Source of the DNA: a virus
Lineage: Duplodnaviria; Caudoviricetes
Length of the DNA: 64,000 bases
Reading direction: 5' to 3' (one strand)
IMG/VR virus record: IMGVR_UViG_3300031994_000035
Coordinates: 59,840-123,839 of that record
The notes below the pieces were generated by a model that searched no databases, was not told the origin of the DNA, and was given only the letters and a program-made list of their open reading frames with translations. Shown here piece after piece: positions 37,952 through 47,808 of this stretch (positions within the stretch are counted from its first letter, which is position 1; each line of letters starts with the position of its first letter). A program made the translations under genes and the position numbers.

Positions 37952-39361
37952 TTAGTCAATGTTCTCAGGCTTATCTGTCAATATCCAGTTTTCATTGGAT
38001 ATATGATAGTCCTTAAGGTTCGAATCTATGAACTGTTTCGCGAGTACGACTTTATTGTCAGCTTCAGAATATCTGATTTCAAAGTAGGTGTACTTGTAGT
38101 CGTTGCCGTCAAGAGATATGTTTGTACGAACTATCGCTGTCCCGTTCTTTGACGCATAGATATCGGCAGTATACAATGTATCGTTAATTCTGAACTGAAC
38201 CACATTGTTACCTGTGATATTGATGGTATTTGAGAAGATGCAGTTGCTGTCAAGCTTGTAATCGAATTCAAATACGGTATCTATGTCTATTGACGTCTCT
38301 ATGCCTGCCTCATTCTTAATGGATAATATGCCTGCCTCATGTCTGCCAACGATATTTTCGTAGTTTCTAAAGTACTCGAAGTGTTTGAACTTGTCAAGAA
38401 GCACCTGTACAATGTCGACATCGGCTACTGTTGAAATTCCTTTGGTGCCAGGTGATGAGTTGACCTCTATGACATATGACACGTTTTTATTTTTGTCTGT
38501 AATTATATCGACACCGCACCAACGGCATCCTGTAGCGATTGCAGCCTGTATTGCAAGATTCTTCTGTTCATCAGTAAGCTCTGTCTTTTCGACGGTTCCG
38601 CCTAATGAGAAGTTGCTTCTGAAGTCGTTGTCAATCTTATTGCGCTTCATCGCGCCTATGATTCTGTACTTTGAAGGATTCTTGGAAACCTTGTCGAACG
38701 AGTCATATAATACATGTACTCTTAGGTCTCCGTCAGACTCGATTTTCTCCTGAATGATAATTGAGGAGTTCGGTGAAAGCTTGAACATTGCTGGAAGCGT
38801 GGATTTCAAACTTTCCATAGAGTCTATGATAAAAACCCCGACACCCTGGGTTCCGTTAAGAATCTTGCATATGACAGGGAACATGCCACCTGACACGTTG
38901 TCTATCTTCTCTTGAAGCTTGTTTATCGAATCGGTGTTCACGATTTCAGTCTTTGGTGTCATGACATTCTGTTTTTCGAATGCCAGATATGTATCATACT
39001 TATTTTCACATAGTTCAAAATTCTTCAACGAGTTCAATGTGAAGAAGTAGTTGTTCTCAAGCTTCTGCAGGAAACTTTTAGATTCGTCATTCTTAAGTAC
39101 GGTTCGTCTAGGGATGATAATGGTATTTGTTTTCTTGACTTCTATTGATTTATCGTCATCCTCAATTACAAACAAGTCATTATCCTTTTTTCTCAAGACG
39201 GCCCGTGCAGGGTTAATGACTGCTGTCTTAAATCCAGCTTCTTCAGCCTGTTCAACAAACCTGCTTACGGAATTATGATCATTCTTCTTAGTCTTAGCTG
39301 TTGCCGACAGGAACACAAGGGTCGGTAACGAATTTGTCTTTTTGCTCTCTAATAGATTCAT
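37952..39361 (-). CDS. RimK-family ATP-grasp ligase with degenerate RimB-like C-domain
   Basis: CENKYDTY, GTQGVGV, IIQEKI, DLRVHV, FRSNFSLGG, GVDII and IEVNSSPG motifs. Confidence 0.88.
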   Translation of the reverse strand: MNLLESKKTNSLPTLVFLSATAKTKKNDHNSVSRFVEQAEEAGFKTAVINPARAVLRKKDNDLFVIEDDDKSIEVKKTNTIIIPRRTVLKNDESKSFLQKLENNYFFTLNSLKNFELCENKYDTYLAFEKQNVMTPKTEIVNTDSINKLQEKIDNVSGGMFPVICKILNGTQGVGVFIIDSMESLKSTLPAMFKLSPNSSIIIQEKIESDGDLRVHVLYDSFDKVSKNPSKYRIIGAMKRNKIDNDFRSNFSLGGTVEKTELTDEQKNLAIQAAIATGCRWCGVDIITDKNKNVSYVIEVNSSPGTKGISTVADVDIVQVLLDKFKHFEYFRNYENIVGRHEAGILSIKNEAGIETSIDIDTVFEFDYKLDSNCIFSNTINITGNNVVQFRINDTLYTADIYASKNGTAIVRTNISLDGNDYKYTYFEIRYSEADNKVVLAKQFIDSNLKDYHISNENWILTDKPENID

Positions 39362-39418
39362 AGCGAATATGTTTTAATAAATATAATACAAAATTAACGT
39401 TAATTTATTTATAATAAT

Positions 39419-39907
39419 ATGGATGACATTAAAAAATTTCTCAGACCCTCTGTAAAATCCAGGTTCAGGCAAGGATATTACACTCCTCAGAATCCCAGCA
39501 AATATAAAGGAGATCCGACAAAAATAATTTATAGGAGCTCATGGGAAAAGAAATTCATGATCTGGTTGGACATGACGGACAAGGTGACCGAATGGAATTC
39601 TGAGGGCATGTCCATAAAATATTTCTATGAAGTGGACAACAAGCAGCATACGTATTTTCCTGATTTCTATTTCTCCTATCAGAAGGATGAATCCACATTA
39701 CTCAAGTACATCATAGAGGTAAAACCTCATTCACAGCTGTCGAAACCCAGACGGCCTTCTGTGGAGACATACTCTAATATGATGAAATACAAGATGCGCC
39801 TTGAAAACTACATCAAGATAGAGAACAAGACGAAATACATCAAGCGGTGGTGCAGGGAAAACGGATTCATATTTTCATTCCTTACAGAAAAGTCTAACCT
39901 AATATAA
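39419..39907 (+). CDS. Head completion nuclease (T4 gp4-like, TnsA fold)
   Basis: QGYYTPQNPSKYKGD, YRSSWE, WNSE, YFPDF and IEVKP motifs. Confidence 0.88.
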   Translation: MDDIKKFLRPSVKSRFRQGYYTPQNPSKYKGDPTKIIYRSSWEKKFMIWLDMTDKVTEWNSEGMSIKYFYEVDNKQHTYFPDFYFSYQKDESTLLKYIIEVKPHSQLSKPRRPSVETYSNMMKYKMRLENYIKIENKTKYIKRWCRENGFIFSFLTEKSNLI

Positions 39908-39913
39908 TACATA

Positions 39914-40447
39914 ATGGCATACGACATCACAGAATATTATAATAAGCTTAAAGGATATCTTTTTGAAAAGCCTGAGGTAATGACTATGAAATCGTCGTCA
40001 GTGTTCTTTCCAGGACGGATATACTATATTGAAAGAATTGTCGAGACAAAACATAGATATAATACACAGATGTTCCTTCTCGCAATTTCGCAGGATATGA
40101 AATCAGGAAATGTCAAGGGCATAGACTTATGTAAGCTCCTGCTGCCTGCAAGGATTAAATTCCTGCAAATACTCATAGATGCATATTATGAGAATTTGGA
40201 AAAGGAACTTGCAAAGGACGGATCGCTTGAAGTTGATAACATGTTCTACCTTGAGAACTTCAATGAAAAATCCACATATCAAATGTTCTCAAAACTGTTC
40301 AATATAGATAAAGCAATTAAGACTTTAAACATTAAATCAATGTCATATGTGGCAGATGTAAACTGGGGAAATGTTTATAAAATTATTGATTTATGTGATA
40401 AATCTATGATTGCGAACGGCAATATCGCACAATATCAAATATTATAG
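39914..40447 (+). CDS. Hypothetical protein, possibly gp2-like DNA end protector
   Basis: Follows gp4; FFPGRIY...GIDLCKL..R pattern. Confidence 0.4.
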   Translation: MAYDITEYYNKLKGYLFEKPEVMTMKSSSVFFPGRIYYIERIVETKHRYNTQMFLLAISQDMKSGNVKGIDLCKLLLPARIKFLQILIDAYYENLEKELAKDGSLEVDNMFYLENFNEKSTYQMFSKLFNIDKAIKTLNIKSMSYVADVNWGNVYKIIDLCDKSMIANGNIAQYQIL

Positions 40448-40602
40448 TAATGAAGCCCATAACTTACTCATATCGAGGAAATTATAAAGATTTGCCAAAG
40501 TTGGCGTCAACATATTGGTATATGTATATCTTCTTCTTCTTCTCTTCTTGTTGTTTTTTATAGATGAAAATTTTTTAATATAAAAATTAAATATTTAATA
40601 AA

Positions 40603-40794
40603 ATGGAATTAATAAGTTTTACAGTATTACTCTTATTGACAGCAGCATTCCTGTATGGAACTGTAAAGTCGATAATCAATCTTAAGGAAAAGAAAGTACG
40701 TAATGTAAAGGTTACTACTTTAGATGTATTCAAACTGGTGTTAATGATCCTTTGTACAGGTCTTGTAGGAAGTTCATTCATTCAAATGCTTTAA
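40603..40794 (+). CDS. Small membrane protein
   Basis: Two TM segments. Confidence 0.6.
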   Translation: MELISFTVLLLLTAAFLYGTVKSIINLKEKKVRNVKVTTLDVFKLVLMILCTGLVGSSFIQML

Positions 40795-40803
40795 TCTGAA
40801 CAT

Positions 40804-41910
40804 ATGCATATCTATAAAAAGAAATCATTAAAGATGACCACTCTTGAGGTGGTGTTCAATGCAGGTTCTCTTTATGAGCAGAAGGGACGATATGGGACTA
40901 TGCACCTGATGGAGCATTTAATATGCGGCACATTCAGCGACCTTCGTCCGGAACTGACAAAACGGGGAATCGCATGGAATGCCGCGACAGGTGACGAATA
41001 TGTTAAATTCTATTGGACGGGTCTTGAAAGCCAGCTGTCCGATATAAAGAGCACGTTGATCCATAGGGTGACAGGCGATATCACCAAGTATGTCACAAGG
41101 GAGGAATTCGAAAAGGAACGCTCGACGGTCTATCAGGAATATTGCGACGCCTTCAATGATCCGCAGTGCGCTGCGTACCTTAACCATATCCGCAAGAAGT
41201 TCAACTACTACTGTCCTATAGGCAGGCGTGAGGATATTTTAAACTTCACATATGAGGATATGGTTGAGGTGAAGAGGGAATTCTTCATGAAACCCGCATG
41301 CATCATAGAGGTCGGCCCTACTAAAACGGACATCAGGGATGTCGAATATGAGGAGAAAAGACACAAGTTTAAAAAACTCATGTACCGTGAGAACTGGTAT
41401 GCTCCTTTGGAGAACACAGGTCCTTCCGAGAAATATGTCATAGGAATGCTCAGCAAGAAACTGATTCCGAAGAAAGACTATCCTGCTATGAAGGTCGCCA
41501 TCATGATGCTTAACAACAACCTTGAGTCGCCGTTGTACAAGGAGATTCGTGAAAAACGAGGGTTGAGCTACTATTCTGTCGGCGACTTGATGACAATGGT
41601 GAACGATTCGATATGCGTGTTCTATGCTGCGACAACGGATTCCCATATAGACGAACTTGTTTCAGTGTATGCAGACTTTTTCAGGGATACCAAGAAATAC
41701 ATCAGCAGGAACAGGTACGAGGACATCATATCCAATATCAAAATCAATGAGGAGAAACGCGAGGTGCTGAGGTATGCCAACATACAGGACCTTGAAAGAA
41801 AGAGAATGGTGCGTATGCCTAAGGACATTGACAAGGTGACATATGAAAATGTCCTGGAAGTTGCCGAGAAATACCTCAACCTGAATAATTTGGAAAGTTT
41901 CGTAATCTAA
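40804..41910 (+). CDS. M16 (pitrilysin-family) zinc peptidase
   Basis: GTMHLMEHL (HxxEH), NAAT and SPLYKEIREKRGLSY motifs. Confidence 0.92.
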   Translation: MHIYKKKSLKMTTLEVVFNAGSLYEQKGRYGTMHLMEHLICGTFSDLRPELTKRGIAWNAATGDEYVKFYWTGLESQLSDIKSTLIHRVTGDITKYVTREEFEKERSTVYQEYCDAFNDPQCAAYLNHIRKKFNYYCPIGRREDILNFTYEDMVEVKREFFMKPACIIEVGPTKTDIRDVEYEEKRHKFKKLMYRENWYAPLENTGPSEKYVIGMLSKKLIPKKDYPAMKVAIMMLNNNLESPLYKEIREKRGLSYYSVGDLMTMVNDSICVFYAATTDSHIDELVSVYADFFRDTKKYISRNRYEDIISNIKINEEKREVLRYANIQDLERKRMVRMPKDIDKVTYENVLEVAEKYLNLNNLESFVI

Positions 41911-41953
41911 TCTGCCAAATGTTGTTTATTATATTAAACTAAATTGTTTCAAT

Positions 41954-42139
41954 ATGTCGAAGACAAGCAAATGGAATAAGGAATCCAGTGATCAGAAGCT
42001 GACAGCGTCTGACTATATGACCTACCGCTTCAAATGCAGCGATTCGGCATTGAAGCAGGTTGGAAGCAAGACGTCTGTTACGTATTGCAAGAAGACTCAA
42101 AAACCATGCACGGTCTCGAATTGTTACAGGATAAAATGA
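41954..42139 (+). CDS. Small Cys-containing protein
   Basis: 61 aa after the promoter motif at 41922. Confidence 0.55.
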   Translation: MSKTSKWNKESSDQKLTASDYMTYRFKCSDSALKQVGSKTSVTYCKKTQKPCTVSNCYRIK

Positions 42140-42144
42140 TTCGG

Positions 42145-42426
42145 AACCTATAAGATAAGGCAAGGGTGAAACGATATATCCCTGCATGTAAGCCTGACGG
42201 CCTGACCTGTGCCTGAAAGCTGAAACAAGCCTCCTGCATTTACAGGAGTATATTATATGAAAACAGGTCCACAGTCATGTGTCCTTGGGTGAAATATAGC
42301 TCAGTAACCTTAGGAGAATGGTGTCCATACATTGAGGACGGGATCTAGAATCCTGCAGATGTGTAAGAGGTGTTATTGGGAAGCGATGACGTCGAAGCTA
42401 GAATGAATACCGTCATCCCTTTTTAT
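42145..42426 (+). ncRNA. Candidate structured non-coding RNA
   Basis: GC-enriched intergenic region with many helices (GACCTGT/ACAGGTC, CTCCTG/CAGGAG, GTCC/GGAC, GATGACG/CGTCATC) ending in a T run. Confidence 0.55.
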
Positions 42427-42535
42427 GGTTGTTCCAATATTCTGTCTATTATTCTACAGAAGGAACAATCTCCGATACATCTCTTTTACTATAAATATTA
42501 TGATATTGTAATTATATAATTTAAACTTAAAAATT

Positions 42536-43327
42536 ATGAGTGAAGAATTAAAGAAAGAAGCAGCTGAAGAAGCTGTGAACAACGAAGTTGCTGTCAACGA
42601 AGAAGTAAAAAATGAAAAAGAATCCCAAGAAAACGACAATACAAAAATAAGTCGTGAAGAATTCTCTGAACTTTCCAAAAGGGTACGCAAGATTGTACAA
42701 GATGCCGACAACGTGAATTCTGTCGAAGAGGCTGAAAAATTCATAGCTGACGTCGACAACCAGATTAAGGAGCTTATCAAAAAGCAAAGCGATTTGCAGG
42801 CCGACGAAATTACAGCGATTAACGGCATGTCCTTCACAATCTCGATTAACGTCAAGAACCTGAAAAAACTTATGGATTACCTGTATAAGAACATGACTTG
42901 GACATATAAGGATATCTATAAGAAGCTCGGATCTTTCAACAAGCTCGAATCCCTGTATGTTTCTGCCCGCACAGTGGCATCGAAACCAGAGAACCTTAAG
43001 AAGGAAGAGGTTGAGGTCAAAATTGCTCCTACGGACGCACAAATGATTGCGAACCTCATCACATCTGATATCTCTGGTAAAGGATATACGGATGCTAAGA
43101 TGTTCGTAAAGGCCGCTGCAGACGTCGTGTCGTCATTCAAGCCGGTGTTCGAAGGCGTTCAGCAGGTTGACAATAATGAACTTACCAAAGTCAACATCGA
43201 GGTTTCAGCGATGTCAGAGGCATTGTATGACGCAATCGTGCCTAAGTTCAAAGCAAAAGGTTTCTTCAACTTCACGAACGAGGCAATCGACAAAGTAGCT
43301 AAAATGAATAACAAGACCATTAAATAA
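42536..43327 (+). CDS. Hypothetical late protein (helical)
   Basis: Late promoter at 42490. Confidence 0.7.
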   Translation: MSEELKKEAAEEAVNNEVAVNEEVKNEKESQENDNTKISREEFSELSKRVRKIVQDADNVNSVEEAEKFIADVDNQIKELIKKQSDLQADEITAINGMSFTISINVKNLKKLMDYLYKNMTWTYKDIYKKLGSFNKLESLYVSARTVASKPENLKKEEVEVKIAPTDAQMIANLITSDISGKGYTDAKMFVKAAADVVSSFKPVFEGVQQVDNNELTKVNIEVSAMSEALYDAIVPKFKAKGFFNFTNEAIDKVAKMNNKTIK

Positions 43328-43335
43328 TTTCAATT

Positions 43336-44301
43336 ATGGCAAAAGAAGTAACTAATGAATCTTATGAGGAGTCATTGAAAAAGGAGCTTGCGAACAGCGA
43401 AGACCATAAAGTGACGTTCTCATCCGGTAAGAACAGTACCGTACGCAGGGAGCTAGAAGCCGCTAGGGACCAAAACGGATACCACAACATAGAGCTTGAC
43501 AAGCTTCCTTCAAGGGGTATGTTTTATCCTACTAATACACGAATCTGCTTCAGGAGCCTTCGTATCGATGAAGTAAAGGATATTTCATCATTGGACGAGT
43601 CGAACCTTATTGACGTCTACCAGGGGCTCAATAAAATCATTAACAGCTGCGTGCAGGTATGGTATTCGAACACAAGGGGCAACTACCGTGACTTGCTGAA
43701 GTGCGACGAGCTCTATATCATGTTCCTAATCCGGGAACTTACATATCCTGGAGTGGTATTGCCGTTAGACATACCTAAAGGGGCATGCAAGACTGCAGGC
43801 TGCAATTCAGAAAAGTCTATCGATATCCGTGTGTCGGAAACAAATCTCGAATCTCCGTTCGATCCGGAACTTATGAAGTATTATTCGGAAACTGAAAGAA
43901 AGTTCGTGTTCACGACCAAAGGCGGTGATGTGTTCAAAATGAAGCCGGCGACGATAGGATCCCATGCAGCAGCTTTCGACTATGCCGTTGAGATGGAAAA
44001 ATCATCGACTTCATATGACAAGGCGTCACTCGCAATGATGACAGTTTTCGAAGACTGGGAAAAGATGAACACGCAGTATATCGAGAAGTTCGCTTCAGAC
44101 ATCATAGGATGGCCTCTTGCGAAATACAACCTTCTGTACAACCTGCAGACAAAGGTTGAAAAACTCGGCAATGATCTTTATGCACATGTGACATGTCCTG
44201 CATGTGGAGGGCAGATGGTTATTCCTTGTACCTTTCCAGGGAATATCAAAGAGCTCCTTATTCCTGTCGTTTCAAGTGAATCCGATTACGGACTTGTATA
44301 G
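43336..44301 (+). CDS. Baseplate hub / tail assembly protein (T4 gp26-like)
   Basis: LPSRGMFYP, D..YIMFLIRELTY, two Cys pairs including CPACG. Confidence 0.75.
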   Translation: MAKEVTNESYEESLKKELANSEDHKVTFSSGKNSTVRRELEAARDQNGYHNIELDKLPSRGMFYPTNTRICFRSLRIDEVKDISSLDESNLIDVYQGLNKIINSCVQVWYSNTRGNYRDLLKCDELYIMFLIRELTYPGVVLPLDIPKGACKTAGCNSEKSIDIRVSETNLESPFDPELMKYYSETERKFVFTTKGGDVFKMKPATIGSHAAAFDYAVEMEKSSTSYDKASLAMMTVFEDWEKMNTQYIEKFASDIIGWPLAKYNLLYNLQTKVEKLGNDLYAHVTCPACGGQMVIPCTFPGNIKELLIPVVSSESDYGLV

Positions 44302-44569
44302 GATATACGTACAGTTCGCAGACAAGCTAAGGTATTCTCCAACAGAAGTCGGTTCTCTGTTCTTCTATGAGATCGACTATCTGTTTGAGGAGTACAAGCT
44401 GATGAAGGAGGAGGAAAAGAAATACCAGGAAGAGCAGGAGCATACGTCGCAGGGCCGTCAACCGGGATACAGCGACATCGAGTCAATGATATCAAGAGCT
44501 GAGGCAAGGACGAATGCAAGTATTTCAAACCAGATGTCAAAAATGCCTAGCATGCCTAATATGCCGTAA
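44234..44569 (+). CDS. gp51-like tail/baseplate assembly domain, probably expressed by +1 frameshift from 43336
   Basis: YSPTEVGSLFFYEIDYL..EY...EEE pattern; overlaps the upstream ORF in the +1 frame and has no ATG before the conserved part. Confidence 0.6.
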   Translation, partial: FQGISKSSLFLSFQVNPITDLYRIYVQFADKLRYSPTEVGSLFFYEIDYLFEEYKLMKEEEKKYQEEQEHTSQGRQPGYSDIESMISRAEARTNASISNQMSKMPSMPNMP

Positions 44570-44605
44570 TAAATAAATTGTTTATTATTATAAAAATTTT
44601 TGGTT

Positions 44606-44800
44606 ATGAAAAAAGAAGAAGTTGAACTGTTGTTCAAGAAAGGCGACAAAATCTTCATAGACATGATGATAGACGAACCGTCATACAGAGGCAGAACAGG
44701 TGTTGTCGAATACATAGACGACATCGGCCAGCTGCACGGCACTTGGGGAGGACTTGCGTTAATCTGCAATTATGACAAATTCCATAAAGTTGAGGAATAG
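44606..44800 (+). CDS. DUF4314-like protein
   Basis: GRTGVVEYIDDIGQLHGTWGGLALI. Confidence 0.7.
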   Translation: MKKEEVELLFKKGDKIFIDMMIDEPSYRGRTGVVEYIDDIGQLHGTWGGLALICNYDKFHKVEE

Positions 44801-44801
44801 G

Positions 44802-45038
44802 ATGAGTGTATTGGAGAAAATTGCCGTAGCACTTATTTTGATGTGTGTTGTTGACAAGGCATTTGGTCAGCAGCTCACGGTGCATAGTGACAACCTGGTC
44901 CCTTCAAAGTCTGAAATCAGAAAATATTGTCATGGATGTTCAAAGACTGAGGTCAATGACATCTATGACGATATTTTATACCAGGTCAGAATTCACGAAT
45001 TGAACGAAGTCCTTGGTACCAGAAAAGTAAAAAATTAA
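44802..45038 (+). CDS. Secreted/membrane hypothetical protein
   Basis: Signal-like N-terminus MSVLEKIAVALILMCV. Confidence 0.55.
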   Translation: MSVLEKIAVALILMCVVDKAFGQQLTVHSDNLVPSKSEIRKYCHGCSKTEVNDIYDDILYQVRIHELNEVLGTRKVKN

Positions 45039-45054
45039 CATTAACATTAGCATT

Positions 45055-46119
45055 ATGAAAAACGTAAGAGTTTTTATCGATTCTAACAATTTTTATTACA
45101 GGATACTGTTTGCGTCAAAGCTGAGCCTCAAGCTTGAGACTCAGGAAATACAGGACGCATACTATGAAAGCCTGTGTAAGTCCCTATACAACCTGCTGTC
45201 AAAATTCTACAGTGCGAAAGAACTGTATTTCATAAAGGACAGTGCTTCATGGCGCAAGAAGATAACTGCCGGCTATAAGGAAAGCAGAAAGACCGGTGTT
45301 TCGTCTGACATAGATTTCGAAAAGATGTCATTGGTACAGATGAGGTTCGAGGAATTCGTCAAGAAGATAGACGGTAGCATTGTCGAAGTCCCGTCATGCG
45401 AGGCAGACGATATCATCTTCTATAAGATTTCAAAGGATACCGGTTGTTTCGACATCATAGTTTCGGCAGACAAGGATTTCAGACAGCTTCTGTCAGACAA
45501 ATGCATACAGTATGACTGTGTGAAGAACGAAGTCCTTTACAGCGACTCCCTTGTAAAACGGGATATAGACGATATTCTTGCCGATACTGTAAGCGGGAAG
45601 TACTCTATGAATCCCGTACATCCTGACAGGGAGGCGGCTCTCAAAGTCATATGCGGCTGTCCGAGCGACGAGGTTCCTGGAATACCTGGCATAGGCGAGG
45701 TTAAATTCGGTAAAATCTATGACGAGCTGTCGTCAATGTCCAAATATGACGGAGGAAACGTGCTTGACATGCTCAGATTTGACGTTTCCGTCTGTTCTAA
45801 GACCATTTCACCATATTTGAAGGGTAAATTCAGTCTGGAGGAAGAAAAGGTCTCAGAAATCATAAAACGGAATTTGCAGCTGGTCATCCTGAAGGACTGG
45901 TCGGTTCCACAGGAGATATTCGAGTCTATGAAGGCGTCTGAACAGGCAAATGTTGTGTCAGACTACCGTATATTGCCTGCCAAGGTTTTCTTTTACAAGA
46001 ACGCCGGCATATGGAAGGAAAAGGAGCAACAGGACAGGAATACAAACATCAGTAATTCGTTCGCCTCGCTTCTCGGGTCAGTGAAGCATGACAACGACAT
46101 GTCTTTCATAAAAGATTAG
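45055..46119 (+). CDS. 5'-3' exonuclease / RNase H (T4 rnh-like)
   Basis: FIDSNN, SWRK, YKESR, EADDII, SADKDFRQL and G.PSDEVPGIPGIG motifs. Confidence 0.9.
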   Translation: MKNVRVFIDSNNFYYRILFASKLSLKLETQEIQDAYYESLCKSLYNLLSKFYSAKELYFIKDSASWRKKITAGYKESRKTGVSSDIDFEKMSLVQMRFEEFVKKIDGSIVEVPSCEADDIIFYKISKDTGCFDIIVSADKDFRQLLSDKCIQYDCVKNEVLYSDSLVKRDIDDILADTVSGKYSMNPVHPDREAALKVICGCPSDEVPGIPGIGEVKFGKIYDELSSMSKYDGGNVLDMLRFDVSVCSKTISPYLKGKFSLEEEKVSEIIKRNLQLVILKDWSVPQEIFESMKASEQANVVSDYRILPAKVFFYKNAGIWKEKEQQDRNTNISNSFASLLGSVKHDNDMSFIKD

Positions 46120-46161
46120 AACATATAAATAAATTAAGTATTAACATTAAAATTTATTTAA

Positions 46162-46707
46162 ATGGAATATCTTAATGAAAAACTCAGACACCTTAAACAT
46201 CATAGGACGTCTGACTACACTGATATAAATGTGATAGAAGAAGGCCAGCTGTATGCAATGACAAAATCACATTCGACAAGCTGGAATAACGACGACGTGC
46301 TTGATATCCTGGTGTATCTCGGCCGTACTGCAAAGAATTCGAGGGTGTTCAAGCTTTACTCATATAAGGAGAATTCATTCATTTACATCCTCTGGAGCGA
46401 TTACAACAATGAATGGAAGTTTGTGAACACTTCAGACAAGTTCTTTAAGCTGTCTGTATTCACGGATGTCAACCTGCTCCGTGACGCATACCGCATAAAC
46501 TTTTTATCTGATCTGCTGAAGGAGGACCTCATACAGAAAGACATAGTTTCCATAACGGATACCGAAATAACACTGTCGACTAATGCGGTATACAGGTTCG
46601 ATTCTGAGATAACGACTGATTTCGATTACGGTGAGGTAAGGTTCATCTATAACCCTGAGGATTTTGCAATGACGTATAAATGCTATACTGATAAAATTAT
46701 TTTTTAA
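46162..46707 (+). CDS. Late protein with N-terminal YLNE (possible internal head protein)
   Basis: TATAAATA at 46124. Confidence 0.55.
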   Translation: MEYLNEKLRHLKHHRTSDYTDINVIEEGQLYAMTKSHSTSWNNDDVLDILVYLGRTAKNSRVFKLYSYKENSFIYILWSDYNNEWKFVNTSDKFFKLSVFTDVNLLRDAYRINFLSDLLKEDLIQKDIVSITDTEITLSTNAVYRFDSEITTDFDYGEVRFIYNPEDFAMTYKCYTDKIIF

Positions 46708-46722
46708 TATTAAAATTAACAT

Positions 46723-47760
46723 ATGGATACAGGCAAGCTTACAGGCATTGTATCAAAGATTCTTACAAAGGAATTCGACGAACCTCAGAAACGGCGATAT
46801 GTCATCACAGGCGATCGTATGAATTTCGCATGTCCTTTATGTGGCGACTCTGGAACCAATACATTCAAGAAGCGGGGCAACATCTACTTTTCCTCCCTGA
46901 CATACCACTGCTTCAACTGCAACGCGCATTACACGCTGCCGAAGTTCCTTTCAAAATTCGGGTATACATGCGACGATTCAGGCATTACAGGTGAAGACCT
47001 CAAAGCTTCAGTACAGAACAAGGCAAAACATACAAACAGGTCAAGGGCGTTCGTAGACATACCTGACGAACTGTGTTTCAGCATAGACTCAGTTGCAAGG
47101 GCTTACAGGTGCGTTCCGGTCAACGCGAACCCGAAAGCGGTCGAATACCTTACGTCAAGAGGCATTACGGATTTCTCAAACTTCATGTACAATGCGATGA
47201 AGAACTACATAGTAATCCTTAATAAGGTAAGGAACCGTGTAATCGGAATCCAAATCAGGAACCTCAACAAGGACAACGGGTTTCCGAAATACCAGTCTCA
47301 ATGCTATTCCAAAATCTATAAAAAGATTCACGGAGAAGACTGCACGTTGGATCCCGTAAAGCTTGGGATACTTGACGACTTCTCGCTGCTGTTCAACTAC
47401 AACAACATAGATGTCAACAGAAGCTTTTATGTCCTGGAGGGATATATAGATTCGATGTTCATAAACAACTCTATAGCGTTGTGCGGGGCATGCCGTGACA
47501 ACAGGCGTTTTCTCGATTTCGAAAACGTAAAGTATATATTCGACAACGACGCCGCCGGCAGGAAACGGAGTCTGAACATGCTCAAGACCCATAAGAATGT
47601 CTTCATGTGGAAGAAGTTCCTTGAAGACTTTGACAAGAACAACAAACGTCCGAAAGATATTAATGACACCATAGTCCAAAAACTTATTACCCCTAAGGAA
47701 TTGAACGATGTGATAGACAAATATTTCACAAATGACGAATTCATGTCAATCTGCCTATAA
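46723..47760 (+). CDS. DNA primase (T4 gp61-like)
   Basis: CPLCGDS, YHCFNC, YLTSRG, VLEGYIDS, FDND and KDIND motifs. Confidence 0.92.
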   Translation: MDTGKLTGIVSKILTKEFDEPQKRRYVITGDRMNFACPLCGDSGTNTFKKRGNIYFSSLTYHCFNCNAHYTLPKFLSKFGYTCDDSGITGEDLKASVQNKAKHTNRSRAFVDIPDELCFSIDSVARAYRCVPVNANPKAVEYLTSRGITDFSNFMYNAMKNYIVILNKVRNRVIGIQIRNLNKDNGFPKYQSQCYSKIYKKIHGEDCTLDPVKLGILDDFSLLFNYNNIDVNRSFYVLEGYIDSMFINNSIALCGACRDNRRFLDFENVKYIFDNDAAGRKRSLNMLKTHKNVFMWKKFLEDFDKNNKRPKDINDTIVQKLITPKELNDVIDKYFTNDEFMSICL

Positions 47761-47808
47761 TTCATAATTATAAATAACTTATAAGTTATTATGTAATTTT
47801 ATAGTGTA

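Noticed and set aside
42160-42470. RNase P RNA (CAAGGGTGAAACG) or hammerhead ribozyme
   Set aside because: Lacks the GAGGAAAGTCC and ACAGAA..CGGCTTA P4 strands; CTGACGG is not the CTGANGA hammerhead core.
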